Origin: a virus
Direction: 5' to 3' (one strand)
IMG/VR virus record: IMGVR_UViG_3300028374_000796
DNA length: 64,000 nucleotides
Below the pieces are notes generated by a model. That model saw nothing but the letters and a program-made list of their open reading frames with translations, was not told the DNA's origin and ran no database searches. Numbering within the stretch: position 1 is the first letter of the stretch; each line of letters opens with the position of its first letter. Made by a program: the position numbers and the translations under genes. This document shows positions 27,696 to 37,596 of the stretch, in pieces.

Positions 27696-28611
27696 CAGTG
27701 TACCTCAGGAAACCTTGATTGGGATTATTAGCTTCAAGCAACTCTGCTCGAAGAGATTTAAATTCTAAAAGATCGCACATACCGTTAATTTCGTCTTTAT
27801 TCCAATTTCCTTTTATACACTCGTAGTCGTCTACAGTTCGTAATGTCATAATTTGAGAATTAATTTGAGCCTGATCTTCAAAGGCTGCAAGTTTTTCTGT
27901 CTCCTTATCAGACAGGTTCTCTATATCAGAATTATAAATAGATTCGATACTTCCGTCGTTGTCATTGACTATGCGGGCTATCACTTTTTTACGGAATCTA
28001 GGCAATCCAGGGAGACAATCACTGGAATCTCCATCAAAAACTCGAAAAGTTAGAAGGTACTCAGGTCGAACACCATAATCTTCTGCAACCTTGTCCGGAT
28101 CGTATGCCTTGCCTTCGGGAGTCATTTGGATAGTCTTCCAGGTCACCAACTGCAACATATCTCTGTCACTAGTAAGGATAATATTATGGTCATCCTGCAT
28201 GGGACCTCGCGCCAAAGTACCAATTAGATCATCAGCCTCATATCCTTTAGCTTTTACCTGATCTACATTCAAAGACTTCAAGAAATTTTGAAGGAACTCA
28301 ATCTGGAGGGTGAAGATGTCGATCATTTCTTCCCCTTCTTTATCAGACTCTACTTCTTTAAAATCCCGATCGCGATTGGATTTATAATCTGCAAAAACCT
28401 TTTGACGTTCTTTCTTCGCAGTAGGACAGTCCCAGGCCACTGTAATTTTATGCTCGGGGTATTGTCTTTTCCATTTAAGGACTCTCTTTACGAATCCATA
28501 AACAATACCTGTAGGGACGCCTGACGACGTTTTAAGACCCTGCTTTACATCATAGATATGATGGCTCCGAAATGCGATGTTCATACCGTCTACAATTAGG
28601 TTCTTTGACAT
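27667..28611 (-). CDS. 5'-3' exonuclease / flap endonuclease (PolA N-terminal domain type)
   Basis: LIVDGMN, VAWD, YKSNR, YEADDLIGT, SDRDMLQLV, GDSSDCLPG. Confidence 0.93.
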   Translation of the reverse strand: MSKNLIVDGMNIAFRSHHIYDVKQGLKTSSGVPTGIVYGFVKRVLKWKRQYPEHKITVAWDCPTAKKERQKVFADYKSNRDRDFKEVESDKEGEEMIDIFTLQIEFLQNFLKSLNVDQVKAKGYEADDLIGTLARGPMQDDHNIILTSDRDMLQLVTWKTIQMTPEGKAYDPDKVAEDYGVRPEYLLTFRVFDGDSSDCLPGLPRFRKKVIARIVNDNDGSIESIYNSDIENLSDKETEKLAAFEDQAQINSQIMTLRTVDDYECIKGNWNKDEINGMCDLLEFKSLRAELLEANNPNQGFLRYTDESLLHSTD

Positions 28612-28631
28612 ATCTTTTCCTTAGTTTCGTG

Positions 28632-29159
28632 TTAAATTTTTCGTAAAAATTGCAAAGGGAGTTCCACAATGGTTTCAATACTAACCAATTCGTGAATCTC
28701 CACTAATGCGTGATCTGTTTGTGGGTTAAAATCTAGGACCGTACCTTCTAAATTTTCATAAGCTCCTTCGATGATCTCAACATAGTCTCCTTCTCCAAAA
28801 TCTCGAAGGGTTTGAGTACGGAGGCGAGCTTTTAATTCATCTACCTCTTCTCCTGGAATGTAGACGATAAATCGACCATGGGGTTCATCTCTAGTCAATA
28901 CCCTCTGAATATAGGCGGATCTTTCCAGATCGAAATAAAATCCGGCAGCTAGTCCTCCTTCAATGAAAATATAACCTTCCATAAGACAAATGGTAACCCA
29001 ATTATCCCTCCTATGAAAAGAAGCAGAAGGCACAAAGATCTCTACCTTTTCATCTCCGATATCCCCCTTTAATAATTTAACTAAATCTGGAGGGCTTTCC
29101 TTCTCCCCCATATGAGATAATTCAAGAATAACCCACTGTTTGCTGCTGCTTTCAGTCAT
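28632..29159 (-). CDS. nusG: NusG-family transcription antitermination factor
   Basis: NGN-like domain (WVIL...IFVP...LMEGYIFIE) plus KOW motif (GDYVEIIEGAYENLEGTV); the ATG overlaps the dnaX stop codon. Confidence 0.8.
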   Translation of the reverse strand: MTESSSKQWVILELSHMGEKESPPDLVKLLKGDIGDEKVEIFVPSASFHRRDNWVTICLMEGYIFIEGGLAAGFYFDLERSAYIQRVLTRDEPHGRFIVYIPGEEVDELKARLRTQTLRDFGEGDYVEIIEGAYENLEGTVLDFNPQTDHALVEIHELVSIETIVELPLQFLRKI

Positions 29160-30573
29160 CAAAAAATCTCCGATCAAACTCTCTTACATCCTGTGCAGAA
29201 AAGTTCCGGAGATCGCTTTTAGTGGGGTTTAAAGGTCTTATAGAGTTCACATCATCTTCGTCTCCCAATTCTGGCTTTGCAGGCATATCAGGATTGACGA
29301 AATGTGAACCCGTCTGTGAAATGTCATTTGCCAAATCTCGGGCAACGTCAACATTATATCCAGACGGAATCGTAGTCGTATCGTCGTCTGTATCATCAGA
29401 CGAGCTATCATCAGAACTATCTTCACAAGAATCGTTAGGATTAACTTGCTTAGGCGCGGTGCCTCTACCCCCTTGAACACTAGATGAGGAAAAAATAGTC
29501 CCATCATTTAAATAACGATGTAAAATAACCAACTCACAGGTCAAAACATTCTCATCTATTTTTTTGCTTGAACCCAAAATACGATCTGCTATCCAAAGAA
29601 CATTTTCTCCCAATAGGTCAAATACCTTTTTAGCTTTTTCTTGGTCTACATAACCAATTCCTTCTAAGATATCCCAGGAGGCTCGATAAGAAGCCATAGC
29701 TGCGTCCGCTAGTCCTTCGTAGAAAGCGGGAGGGTCAACCATCCTTAACGTCTCTTCTGCCAATGACAGTGCTTTAGGGAGGTCGTCCTGAATATGCTCC
29801 AAAATGAGGTAATAATTAGAAACTGCACCAAGGCCCAGATGCTTTCTCGAATTTGCAGAAGTAACAGGTCCCGCCTGCGATACCCTTTCAAGGGCATTTA
29901 CCATATCACGGATCTGTCCTCTTCCAAAAGAATAGATGATATCTAAAGCGTCCTCTGTATGTGAGATATTTTCCTGTTCACAGATCCATCGAAGACGATC
30001 AACTGCTTCCTCCCTTTCAGGTTCTTTGATTCCAAACATCATACAACGGGCTTTGATCGTGTTTCTAATCTTCTCAGGTTCCGTAGTACAGAACAAACAA
30101 ACCAGTCGTTTGTCTTTGCTCCCCGTTACGTTATCTTCCATTGGTTTGAGAAGAGCGTCCATGGCCTGCGCTGAAAGACGGTGGCATTCATCTATCAGGT
30201 AAATCTTTCGATCCTTTCCACCTAAGGTATAATAATCAAGTTCATCTACGATCTGACGAATTTTATCGGCCCCCGAGTTATTGGCAGCATCCATCTCAAT
30301 AAAAGAGAAGGAAGAGGTGCCATCTATGATCTCTCGACAAGACTCACATTGATTGCAAGGCTCTCCGGTATCCGGATCTACATCATCACAAAGCATTGCT
30401 CTAGCCAAAATACGAGCAGTAGTAGTCTTGCCCGTACCGGAAGGACCCGCAAAGATATAAGACTTATGAAAAACCTGATCTGTTGTAACTAATTTTTTAA
30501 GAACATCAACTGTCCCTTTTTGACCTACCACATCTTCAAATTTAAGTGGGCGATATTTCGTATCAAATGACAT
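29152..30573 (-). CDS. dnaX: DNA polymerase III clamp-loader subunit gamma/tau
   Basis: KYRPLKFEDVVGQ, GPSGTGKT, Zn motif C...PCNQCESC, IEMDAA, LIDECH, TIKARC. Confidence 0.93.
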   Translation of the reverse strand: MSFDTKYRPLKFEDVVGQKGTVDVLKKLVTTDQVFHKSYIFAGPSGTGKTTTARILARAMLCDDVDPDTGEPCNQCESCREIIDGTSSFSFIEMDAANNSGADKIRQIVDELDYYTLGGKDRKIYLIDECHRLSAQAMDALLKPMEDNVTGSKDKRLVCLFCTTEPEKIRNTIKARCMMFGIKEPEREEAVDRLRWICEQENISHTEDALDIIYSFGRGQIRDMVNALERVSQAGPVTSANSRKHLGLGAVSNYYLILEHIQDDLPKALSLAEETLRMVDPPAFYEGLADAAMASYRASWDILEGIGYVDQEKAKKVFDLLGENVLWIADRILGSSKKIDENVLTCELVILHRYLNDGTIFSSSSVQGGRGTAPKQVNPNDSCEDSSDDSSSDDTDDDTTTIPSGYNVDVARDLANDISQTGSHFVNPDMPAKPELGDEDDVNSIRPLNPTKSDLRNFSAQDVREFDRRFFDD

Positions 30574-30597
30574 ATTCGTAACCTAGCTCATTTTATA

Positions 30598-31539
30598 TTA
30601 GATAAACGATGAAAATATAGAAGAATCGTAAGAAGCATTGCAAGAAGGATTTAACCAAAGACGCTCTTTGCAAGCGTTTTCCTTGCCCCTAGTTGTTCCT
30701 CCCTCCACTCGTGATATATTACCATATCCACCCATAGTTTTCCAGGGAATACACTCCCAAGACTCTGGTAATTCATAATCCCCTTCGTAACCCGCAAGTA
30801 TAATCTTCACGTCGGGATTATCCCCATGCTCTAAACACCACTCACCAACCTCAGAAGCCACTGAGTAGCTTTCATGAGCATAAGTGTCGTGTCTATCCTT
30901 ATTCGCATAAGGAGGGTCTAAGAAGACTGCTACCGGAGTTGTATTGAGAAGAATATTGTCTCCAACAACTCTTTTCCAATTCCCACAAGTTACTCGGGTA
31001 TTTCGGAGACGAGTTTCAAATTTAGCAAGCATAGCATCTACATCGAAAGTTTTACCATGCACACCTCTAGGAGAATAGACGCAGGGGATCGCTTTTTTCT
31101 GTTTTACAAAAGCATCTCCAATAGCAGCTCCCATTCCCCATATCCACCATGCTGCTATTTTTACATCATGGAAATGTGGATCTGTCCTAAGAATATCCGT
31201 TAGGTCTTCTCCATGTAAACGTGCCTCTAACTCTCCCCTTTGAGATTCTACCCATTCGGAACGAGCATGAAGATCCAACTCATTCATGGGCCAATCAATT
31301 ATAGGTTTTAATTCTTCAGGATTCCACTTCAAGGTTCTCCAGGCATTTGTTATCATACCATCGAGGTCGTTTAGTATTTCCAATTCTAACGCTTCCGGTC
31401 GTGGGTTAGCCAAAGAAATGGCGGCGGACCCTACGAAAGGCTCGATATAGGATCGAACTTCTCCAAATCGATCCCAGACCAAATCCGCTATAGAGGATTT
31501 ACCTCCAAAATAAGGGAAGGGCGCTTTAAGTTGTGGCAT
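30598..31539 (-). CDS. Dam-like (D12 class) DNA adenine methyltransferase
   Basis: PYFGGKS, YIEPFVGSA, LNDLD, FLDPPY. Confidence 0.9.
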   Translation of the reverse strand: MPQLKAPFPYFGGKSSIADLVWDRFGEVRSYIEPFVGSAAISLANPRPEALELEILNDLDGMITNAWRTLKWNPEELKPIIDWPMNELDLHARSEWVESQRGELEARLHGEDLTDILRTDPHFHDVKIAAWWIWGMGAAIGDAFVKQKKAIPCVYSPRGVHGKTFDVDAMLAKFETRLRNTRVTCGNWKRVVGDNILLNTTPVAVFLDPPYANKDRHDTYAHESYSVASEVGEWCLEHGDNPDVKIILAGYEGDYELPESWECIPWKTMGGYGNISRVEGGTTRGKENACKERLWLNPSCNASYDSSIFSSFI

Positions 31540-31562
31540 GAAAACCTCTAAAATCAAAAGGT

Positions 31563-31596
31563 AAAAAGGGGCGACCCATCTTAATGAGCCGCCCCT
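31563..31596 (-). terminator. Rho-independent terminator
   Basis: AGGGGCGGCTCAT-TAAG-ATGGGTCGCCCCT-TTTT. Confidence 0.8.
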
Positions 31597-31614
31597 ATGA
31601 TTCTAGTTGGGAAA

Positions 31615-32175
31615 TTAGAGGTCTGACATTAGATCGTCAAAATCATCGGAATTACTGCCTTTAGCTGCGGCATTTGACCCCGAACTTTTCTTGGCAGTCT
31701 TATTCGTGCCCTTACCGGATTTAGAGGTAGGAGGAGTTGGGGTATTCTGAGGGAGTTGGAGCGTAGCAATTTTTGCCAGGCCAGTTTTCCAACCCAACCC
31801 ATGACGATTCACGGTCGTAGGGAAAACCATAAGCTCAGGGCTCCTAAGCTTCCAGGACATGTCTCCGGTACGCTCGTTCTCAATACCGTAAGCATGTTCT
31901 AATAGATGGTCTACCCATGCCTCTCGTTGAGACATATCTAGGTCAGCCCATGCATCTGCGCCAATCTCCATCATATAGTCGAAAGGCTCTTCCATGAAAG
32001 GCTTGTACTTGGCAGTAACTTTGCCAATCTTACCAACGATGGGGACTCCATCACTTTTGGAAGCTTTTTCTTTGAAAACACAACAAATCTTAGCTCCAAT
32101 AAGATCTGCGTGGTACTTCATGTATGATTGAACAATATCGTTGACTTCGTCTGCAATCCAATAATCTTGTGCCAT
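31615..32175 (-). CDS. Putative phage metallopeptidase-like protein with a degenerate HExxH motif
   Basis: YMMEIGADAW...QREAWVDHLLEH; acidic C-terminal tail DFDDLMSDL. Confidence 0.55.
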   Translation of the reverse strand: MAQDYWIADEVNDIVQSYMKYHADLIGAKICCVFKEKASKSDGVPIVGKIGKVTAKYKPFMEEPFDYMMEIGADAWADLDMSQREAWVDHLLEHAYGIENERTGDMSWKLRSPELMVFPTTVNRHGLGWKTGLAKIATLQLPQNTPTPPTSKSGKGTNKTAKKSSGSNAAAKGSNSDDFDDLMSDL

Positions 32176-32211
32176 AATAGTGGCTCCTTGTTTTTCGGTT
32201 CGTGTTAATTA

Positions 32212-32967
32212 TTACCCAAAAAGGGGTCCTGCTCTATTTGAACTATTGAGAGAGTAAAAAAGTTCCGATCCAAATTGTTGCCGGAAACTTTCTTCTCCCA
32301 ATCTCTCCCATGAATCGGAAGGGTCACTTCCGCCATATGAGACTTTCTCAATGATATCGAAATCTCTCCGATATTCTCTATAAAACTTGTTAAAAAACTT
32401 CTCCCCCTGTTCATCATGATCGAACATGATATGTACTCGATCTACATAACGTTTAAGAAATGTGATCTGTTCAGGGTTCAACGTAGCTGTACCACAACAC
32501 AGTGTATTTGGAAAGACCCTTTGCATTGGAAACAGATCAAAGATCCCTTCCACCAAATAAACTTCTCTAGTCTCCCATATATGAGGCATGGCCACATTAG
32601 TCCCAAAAAAGAGAGCGTCTATGTCTGCCCTCAGTGTATACAACTTCCAATAGTCTTTGATCTTGGGGTCTGGAGTTCTAATCTGAAGAGCCTTTTTAAT
32701 TCCGATAGCATTGGTCATAGGGAAAAGGAGTTTACCTTTCAGCTTAACTCCTTTACCAGACTGCTTCCAATAATGCAACTCTTCTTCAGTTGCTTTCTTA
32801 GGATCTATATAAGGAGGCCACTCATCTTCTGGGATGTATCCTAAGTTGAGGTCTGTAATTTGATCTTCTGAAACTCCTCGGGACGCCAGATATCTAAGAG
32901 CTTTTTGGCTTTTAGATATGTGTTTTGCCCCTTCTTTAAAAATTTGGTCCAGATAAAACTTGCTCAT
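32212..32967 (-). CDS. dnaG: DnaG-type primase catalytic core (TOPRIM) lacking the N-terminal Zn-binding domain
   Basis: YLASRGV...LGY, LLFP, YLVEGIFD, IMFDHDEQG, DPSD. Confidence 0.8.
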   Translation of the reverse strand: MSKFYLDQIFKEGAKHISKSQKALRYLASRGVSEDQITDLNLGYIPEDEWPPYIDPKKATEEELHYWKQSGKGVKLKGKLLFPMTNAIGIKKALQIRTPDPKIKDYWKLYTLRADIDALFFGTNVAMPHIWETREVYLVEGIFDLFPMQRVFPNTLCCGTATLNPEQITFLKRYVDRVHIMFDHDEQGEKFFNKFYREYRRDFDIIEKVSYGGSDPSDSWERLGEESFRQQFGSELFYSLNSSNRAGPLFG

Positions 32968-33224
32968 TTCATTTCTCTCGTACTAATCGTTTTAGATATT
33001 CGTCTAATTCTTTTTCTGTCAATAACCTTTTCTGTGACTCTAACAACTCCTTCCAAGAAAGTAGAAGAATTACTGGACCTTGTGAGAAGTTTTAAACTGC
33101 ATTCGTTATTGGGTTCTAAAACCATAATACAGTCTTTGATATTTAATCCTTTAAGGCGTGCTTTGAACCCTGTAGCATCTATGCTAGTAAGGTCTTCTGT
33201 ATTTTGGAAACGATAATTACTCAT
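32964..33224 (-). CDS. Hypothetical protein
   Basis: 86-aa ORF overlapping both neighbouring genes. Confidence 0.6.
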   Translation of the reverse strand: MSNYRFQNTEDLTSIDATGFKARLKGLNIKDCIMVLEPNNECSLKLLTRSSNSSTFLEGVVRVTEKVIDRKRIRRISKTISTREMK

Positions 33225-33960
33225 TTGCAGACTCAGTATTATTATCCTCTTCCTCTACCTCTTCCCCTACTTCTTCTTCGGTTTCGTGCTCTGGCTCGGG
33301 GAGACGGACTACGACCACCCCTCTTTCTGCATTATGAAGGAAAATAGTAATATTCGTGTCAATTCTAGTTAATATCCCCACAAACGAGGGGTGCGCCGAA
33401 AAAACAATATAGGGTCCTAGAAATTCATTTAAGAATACTGGTCTGGTATCTAGCATCCCAACAACAAAATGCTCTTTTTCCCACTCTTTTAGAGTATTCA
33501 GATCCGGAAGTTCGGAAACTCCACCCTTACCTGAGGGATGAACCAATATACCAGTTTCTTGAAGGGCTTTATATCCTCTAGGACCACACATGATTTGAAA
33601 CATGGAGAGATCATAGGTCAAAAAATACTCTTTGATGTCGTCGATCTCATTTCGAGTAAATGAATCCATCATGGCTACGCCGCCCCACTTATTTTCACAA
33701 CCCTCTATAAATATCTGGTCGACCAATTCTGCATGAAACGCATCTTCATCCTGAGGCTCTAATTCAAAGAAATTGGTAGGGACACCTACCTTAGCGTTTC
33801 CTACACACTGAACCTTACCACGGGAAGTAGACACAAAAAAACTGTCTAGATCCTGATGAGGATTCATACGCATAGTGAGGGGAGTTTTTAATCCCGCCTT
33901 CTTCTCTTTCATTTTCTTGCGATGAACTTCCGTCGAAAGAAATTTAGTGAGTGCTGACAT
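33217..33960 (-). CDS. Hypothetical protein
   Basis: 247-aa ORF in the operon. Confidence 0.7.
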   Translation of the reverse strand: MSALTKFLSTEVHRKKMKEKKAGLKTPLTMRMNPHQDLDSFFVSTSRGKVQCVGNAKVGVPTNFFELEPQDEDAFHAELVDQIFIEGCENKWGGVAMMDSFTRNEIDDIKEYFLTYDLSMFQIMCGPRGYKALQETGILVHPSGKGGVSELPDLNTLKEWEKEHFVVGMLDTRPVFLNEFLGPYIVFSAHPSFVGILTRIDTNITIFLHNAERGVVVVRLPEPEHETEEEVGEEVEEEDNNTESANE

Positions 33961-33966
33961 TAGTAA

Positions 33967-34434
33967 TTACCCCAGTCCCATATTTCGGATTGCACAACTT
34001 ATTCGATGAAGTTGAAAAACGAACCAGACCCAAAAGGCTTGATACCATTTTTGGTCCCAACTATAAACCTTCTCTTCTAGAACCCACTGTAATGCAGCTA
34101 TGTCCTTATAGCTGTTGGCCACCACAACTTCATCTTCCAGTTTTTCTTCAAAGTCACTTTGAATGCTTTCCCTAGTATTTTTACAGGAAAAATAAGGACA
34201 GTTCTTGGCGGTTTCTTCATCATCGCAGATAAAACCTTGCCATTCCTCTGGGTTCTCCGCAGCAAGTAGACATAAACCTATCTCCACTTCCTCTCCCTCT
34301 TCATTGGTGGAAGTATGTCTATAGTTGTTTACACAGTTCTTAGGACACTGGCTCAATTTTTCCTTGTACTGACGAGACAGATACTTTCTCTTTACGGTTC
34401 TTAACTTCTTTTTAACTTCTTTATTAGAATGCAT
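33967..34434 (-). CDS. Cys-rich hypothetical protein with an aromatic/hydrophobic C-terminus
   Basis: CPKNC...CLL...FICDD...NCPYFSC; WYQAFWVWFVFQL. Confidence 0.65.
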   Translation of the reverse strand: MHSNKEVKKKLRTVKRKYLSRQYKEKLSQCPKNCVNNYRHTSTNEEGEEVEIGLCLLAAENPEEWQGFICDDEETAKNCPYFSCKNTRESIQSDFEEKLEDEVVVANSYKDIAALQWVLEEKVYSWDQKWYQAFWVWFVFQLHRISCAIRNMGLG

Positions 34435-34447
34435 CTTATCCCTTTCA

Positions 34448-35080
34448 TTAATTTGACTGTTTCGATAAAACTAAGGCTCCAGAATTATCTAAAGTAGCTT
34501 CATAGGCGGTGTCTGCATATTCCAGAAAACTTTTGTTGTGCGTTATCAGCAATACATCTATATCTAACTCATCACACATTTTCTGAATAAATTCTCCGGC
34601 ATTTGGAACATAATCAGAAGATAAAGCCGCAAGACTTTCATCCAATATCAAGTATCGTGCTAATTTCTTTTTCAGAAGCACCAGAAGGCGCAGGAGAAGA
34701 CTTTCGACGCTTGTTACCCCACCGCCAAAGCTTTGAAGACACTGACCTCTAATACCATCCTCAACCGTTTCAAAATCAACCCAGACCTTCCCCCTTTTCT
34801 GGTCTACGGCAACATCAAAAGATATATCCTGATCATGGAAAATTGTCTGTAAACCTTCGGTGACGATTTCAGAAAAACTCTCTGCATATTTATGAACGTA
34901 TTTGTCAAGTAAGAATTTGAATAATTCTTCTACTTTTTCTAAAACTAAAATCTCTTCCCTAGATTCTTCTATCTCTTCTTTATAGGATTTTTCTTGTTTT
35001 ACCAATACATCATAGGTGGCCGAAACTCTATCAGACCGCTTTATCAGATCTTCGTATTTATTTAGGTCTTCATCAAGCAT
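34448..35080 (-). CDS. sbcC: SbcC/Rad50 C-terminal half (ABC signature, Walker B, H-switch)
   Basis: Coiled coil followed by QSFGGG, YLILDES and LITHN; likely start ATG 35080. Confidence 0.8.
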   Translation of the reverse strand: MLDEDLNKYEDLIKRSDRVSATYDVLVKQEKSYKEEIEESREEILVLEKVEELFKFLLDKYVHKYAESFSEIVTEGLQTIFHDQDISFDVAVDQKRGKVWVDFETVEDGIRGQCLQSFGGGVTSVESLLLRLLVLLKKKLARYLILDESLAALSSDYVPNAGEFIQKMCDELDIDVLLITHNKSFLEYADTAYEATLDNSGALVLSKQSN

Positions 35081-35092
35081 TATTATAACTCC

Positions 35093-35130
35093 AAAAAAGC
35101 CCCCTCCCACTCTTTAAAGAAGGAGGAGGC
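35093..35130 (-). terminator. Probable terminator after dnaN
   Basis: GCCTCCTCC...GGGAGGGGC-TTTTTT. Confidence 0.55.
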
Positions 35131-35137
35131 CATTCAC

Positions 35138-36289
35138 TTATAGTATGATGTCTTCTCTGAGAGTCATCAAGCAAACCTTAGTATCGCCTTCGGGAGTTTC
35201 CTCATAGAATTTGAGGTACTTCTCTGTAGGACTATATGCCAGATGAAAATCTTCTCCAAAAGATCCCAGTGCTTTCGTCAACAAAGGGTGTGCTGCTGAA
35301 AATTCCAAGTCAGCCTGACCTCTGGACCGATTACAGGGAACAGAAACCGTTGCGTTTTTTCTTTCCGCAAAAGTTCTCATACTCATATTGAGTACCGCAG
35401 TGTCTCCCGTACCCGTAACTTTTAGCTTCAAATACTTATCATTTTCATCTGCGGTAGCTAGAAGAGCGCCGATTGCTTGCTTCAGACGATCTTTATCTAG
35501 CGACCAAACATCTTCCTCTACCAACGTATCAGGAATTCCTTTGAACAAGGGAAGGTCATGACGTTGTTTAGAAAAACCAAAGAAAGAACCGGGGCTAGTT
35601 TCGAAAAAGAACACGGTATCTGTAGCTCGGATTTTAACTCGAAAGTCATCTTCTTGCCTTTTCAAATAAGTACGGGCAGGAGCGATCTGTTCTTGACCAA
35701 TCTTCCAACCTGTATCAAGTTTGGGGCAACAATACAGCGCCATTAGTTTGGCGTCCGTACCAAAAAATTGACCGTCCCTTACCTGTGCTACTTTCAACTT
35801 TCCAGTTGGGTCTGAATTCGTAATAGAATCCGATACCATAGGAGAAACAAAACCAAGGGACTCTAGAATGGTTCCTACTTCTATCTCAGAAACAACCTCA
35901 GAGTTCTTATAAGCGGTTTCAAATCGCTTGGAGGGGAACTTGTTGTGGTCCTTAATGGAAGGGAAAGGACTTTCTACAGAGCCACATTTGAAAGTAACTT
36001 GATCCCCATTCAACCCAATCTCAATAGTATCTTCGATGACGTTAGAAATCCATTTAGAAAGACGAGACTCTTTTACCGCAAAAACTCCCTCACCTTTGGT
36101 TTCTTCTACGCCATCTTCGTCAGTGAGAACGATATTGGTATAGACCTGATTATTAGAGGCTTTGATTGTAAGCTTGTTTTCTTCTACTTTAAACAGGATC
36201 GAAGACGTGATCTCTCCATCTTTTTGTACAGATGAAGACAATACTTTCAGGCAATCCTGCAATACATTTTTATTAATTACTACTCTCAT
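35138..36289 (-). CDS. dnaN: DNA polymerase III beta-type sliding clamp
   Basis: 383 aa; N-terminus MRVVINKNVLQDCLKVL; SSILFKVEENKLTIKASN; three-domain beta-clamp length; clamp-loader genes are present. Confidence 0.75.
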   Translation of the reverse strand: MRVVINKNVLQDCLKVLSSSVQKDGEITSSILFKVEENKLTIKASNNQVYTNIVLTDEDGVEETKGEGVFAVKESRLSKWISNVIEDTIEIGLNGDQVTFKCGSVESPFPSIKDHNKFPSKRFETAYKNSEVVSEIEVGTILESLGFVSPMVSDSITNSDPTGKLKVAQVRDGQFFGTDAKLMALYCCPKLDTGWKIGQEQIAPARTYLKRQEDDFRVKIRATDTVFFFETSPGSFFGFSKQRHDLPLFKGIPDTLVEEDVWSLDKDRLKQAIGALLATADENDKYLKLKVTGTGDTAVLNMSMRTFAERKNATVSVPCNRSRGQADLEFSAAHPLLTKALGSFGEDFHLAYSPTEKYLKFYEETPEGDTKVCLMTLREDIIL

Positions 36290-36333
36290 GGTAGTCTCCT
36301 ATGCTTCTTTTACTAGTAATGATGATGAGGGGT

Positions 36334-36606
36334 TTAATTGTCATATTTAGACAAGGAATCTTCCACTTCGGAAAGGGCAGTCTCGAAAACTGCGATCTTT
36401 CCATTCAAGATCCTCTTTTTCTCTACGATCAAGTCCGGTAGGTCTTCCAATGAGAATCCCTTTGCCTCTGCTTTTTCATTGAGCTTTTTCAACTTTTCTT
36501 GGGCAGCATTAAGGACTGCCATTTTCTGAGCACGATCGTTAACCAACCGTTCTCTCTTTTCCTTAGCTTTTTTGATTCTATCTTCAAACTCTTTCTGTTC
36601 ACTCAT
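36334..36606 (-). CDS. Small coiled-coil protein
   Basis: 90 aa, K/E-rich heptads. Confidence 0.7.
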   Translation of the reverse strand: MSEQKEFEDRIKKAKEKRERLVNDRAQKMAVLNAAQEKLKKLNEKAEAKGFSLEDLPDLIVEKKRILNGKIAVFETALSEVEDSLSKYDN

Positions 36607-36637
36607 TTAGTATTCCTCTTCATTTCTTTGGGGTAAA

Positions 36638-37537
36638 TTACTCGGATTTCAGACTATCAAACCCAATATGTGTTGGGCCTTTCTTCTTAAAATCTGCTTC
36701 GATTTGAGGTTTTTTGCTATTACTAGCCCTCTTTATCTTATTAGCTCTCTTCTGACTTTGACGCTCACTACAGATTTGTTCATAAGGACACCATTGACAG
36801 TGTGAATAATGTGGGTTAGCCTTGAAACGTCTTTTACGGATATCTTCAATGACTTCCTCGATTTCCATTTTTAATTCTTTGATCTTAGCCCGCTCTACTG
36901 GAATCCAATCCATTGCTAGTTCGGGATCATCTGCAAAACGATAAAAATAAAAACCCATTTTATCTGGTAGCTTTTTATAGCGGAGATAAAACATTAGGGC
37001 ATAATAATATAGCTGTTGAACATCTACATATTTTTCGCGATGCTTCGAGGCTTTTCCATCAAGTAAAAGAACTTGTCCATCTTGGCGGCGGATAATAAAG
37101 TCGATATATCCCAACAAAAAATCCGAGGATCCAAAACGAACTTTAATATTCACTTCGCTCTTAGCATAAGGACCTAAGAAACCTTCTCTCTTGATCCCTT
37201 CCAGCACTTTTGGTACAATCTCATAACACTCTTTAAGAGGTTCTGTTGAAGTAGCAAAACGACATCGAGGATCATTGAAATCCACATAATTATCCGCAAG
37301 GAACTCATAGTAATACTTCTCAGTACGTTCAATTAGCGTGTCAGAGGTTTTTCCACCTCTTCTCCACAACTCATCGTTGTAAAAATCTTCATAAACCCTC
37401 TGAACTACCGATCCAATAATAGCATTATGCTTTGAATCCTTGACAGGAGGTTCTTGTTTTTTTACACGCTTCAAGTCATATTGCTTAGAGCAAGTTTTAT
37501 ATTGTTTAAACGCGCTATATGATAACCATATACCCAT
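36638..37537 (-). CDS. PD-(D/E)XK (RecB/Cas4-like) nuclease
   Basis: N-terminal Cys (KTCSKQ), GYIDF...LLDGK and C-terminal CQWCPYEQIC. Confidence 0.8.
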   Translation of the reverse strand: MGIWLSYSAFKQYKTCSKQYDLKRVKKQEPPVKDSKHNAIIGSVVQRVYEDFYNDELWRRGGKTSDTLIERTEKYYYEFLADNYVDFNDPRCRFATSTEPLKECYEIVPKVLEGIKREGFLGPYAKSEVNIKVRFGSSDFLLGYIDFIIRRQDGQVLLLDGKASKHREKYVDVQQLYYYALMFYLRYKKLPDKMGFYFYRFADDPELAMDWIPVERAKIKELKMEIEEVIEDIRKRRFKANPHYSHCQWCPYEQICSERQSQKRANKIKRASNSKKPQIEADFKKKGPTHIGFDSLKSE

Positions 37538-37596
37538 ATTAGTTTACCTCTTAAAAGACACTTCCTAAACGTATAGGCGTGCCGGTTCAATTCCAC

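Noticed and set aside
37584-37594. GGTTCAATTCC tRNA T-loop-like word
   Set aside because: Only two base pairs of T-stem can form; there is no acceptor, D or anticodon arm.
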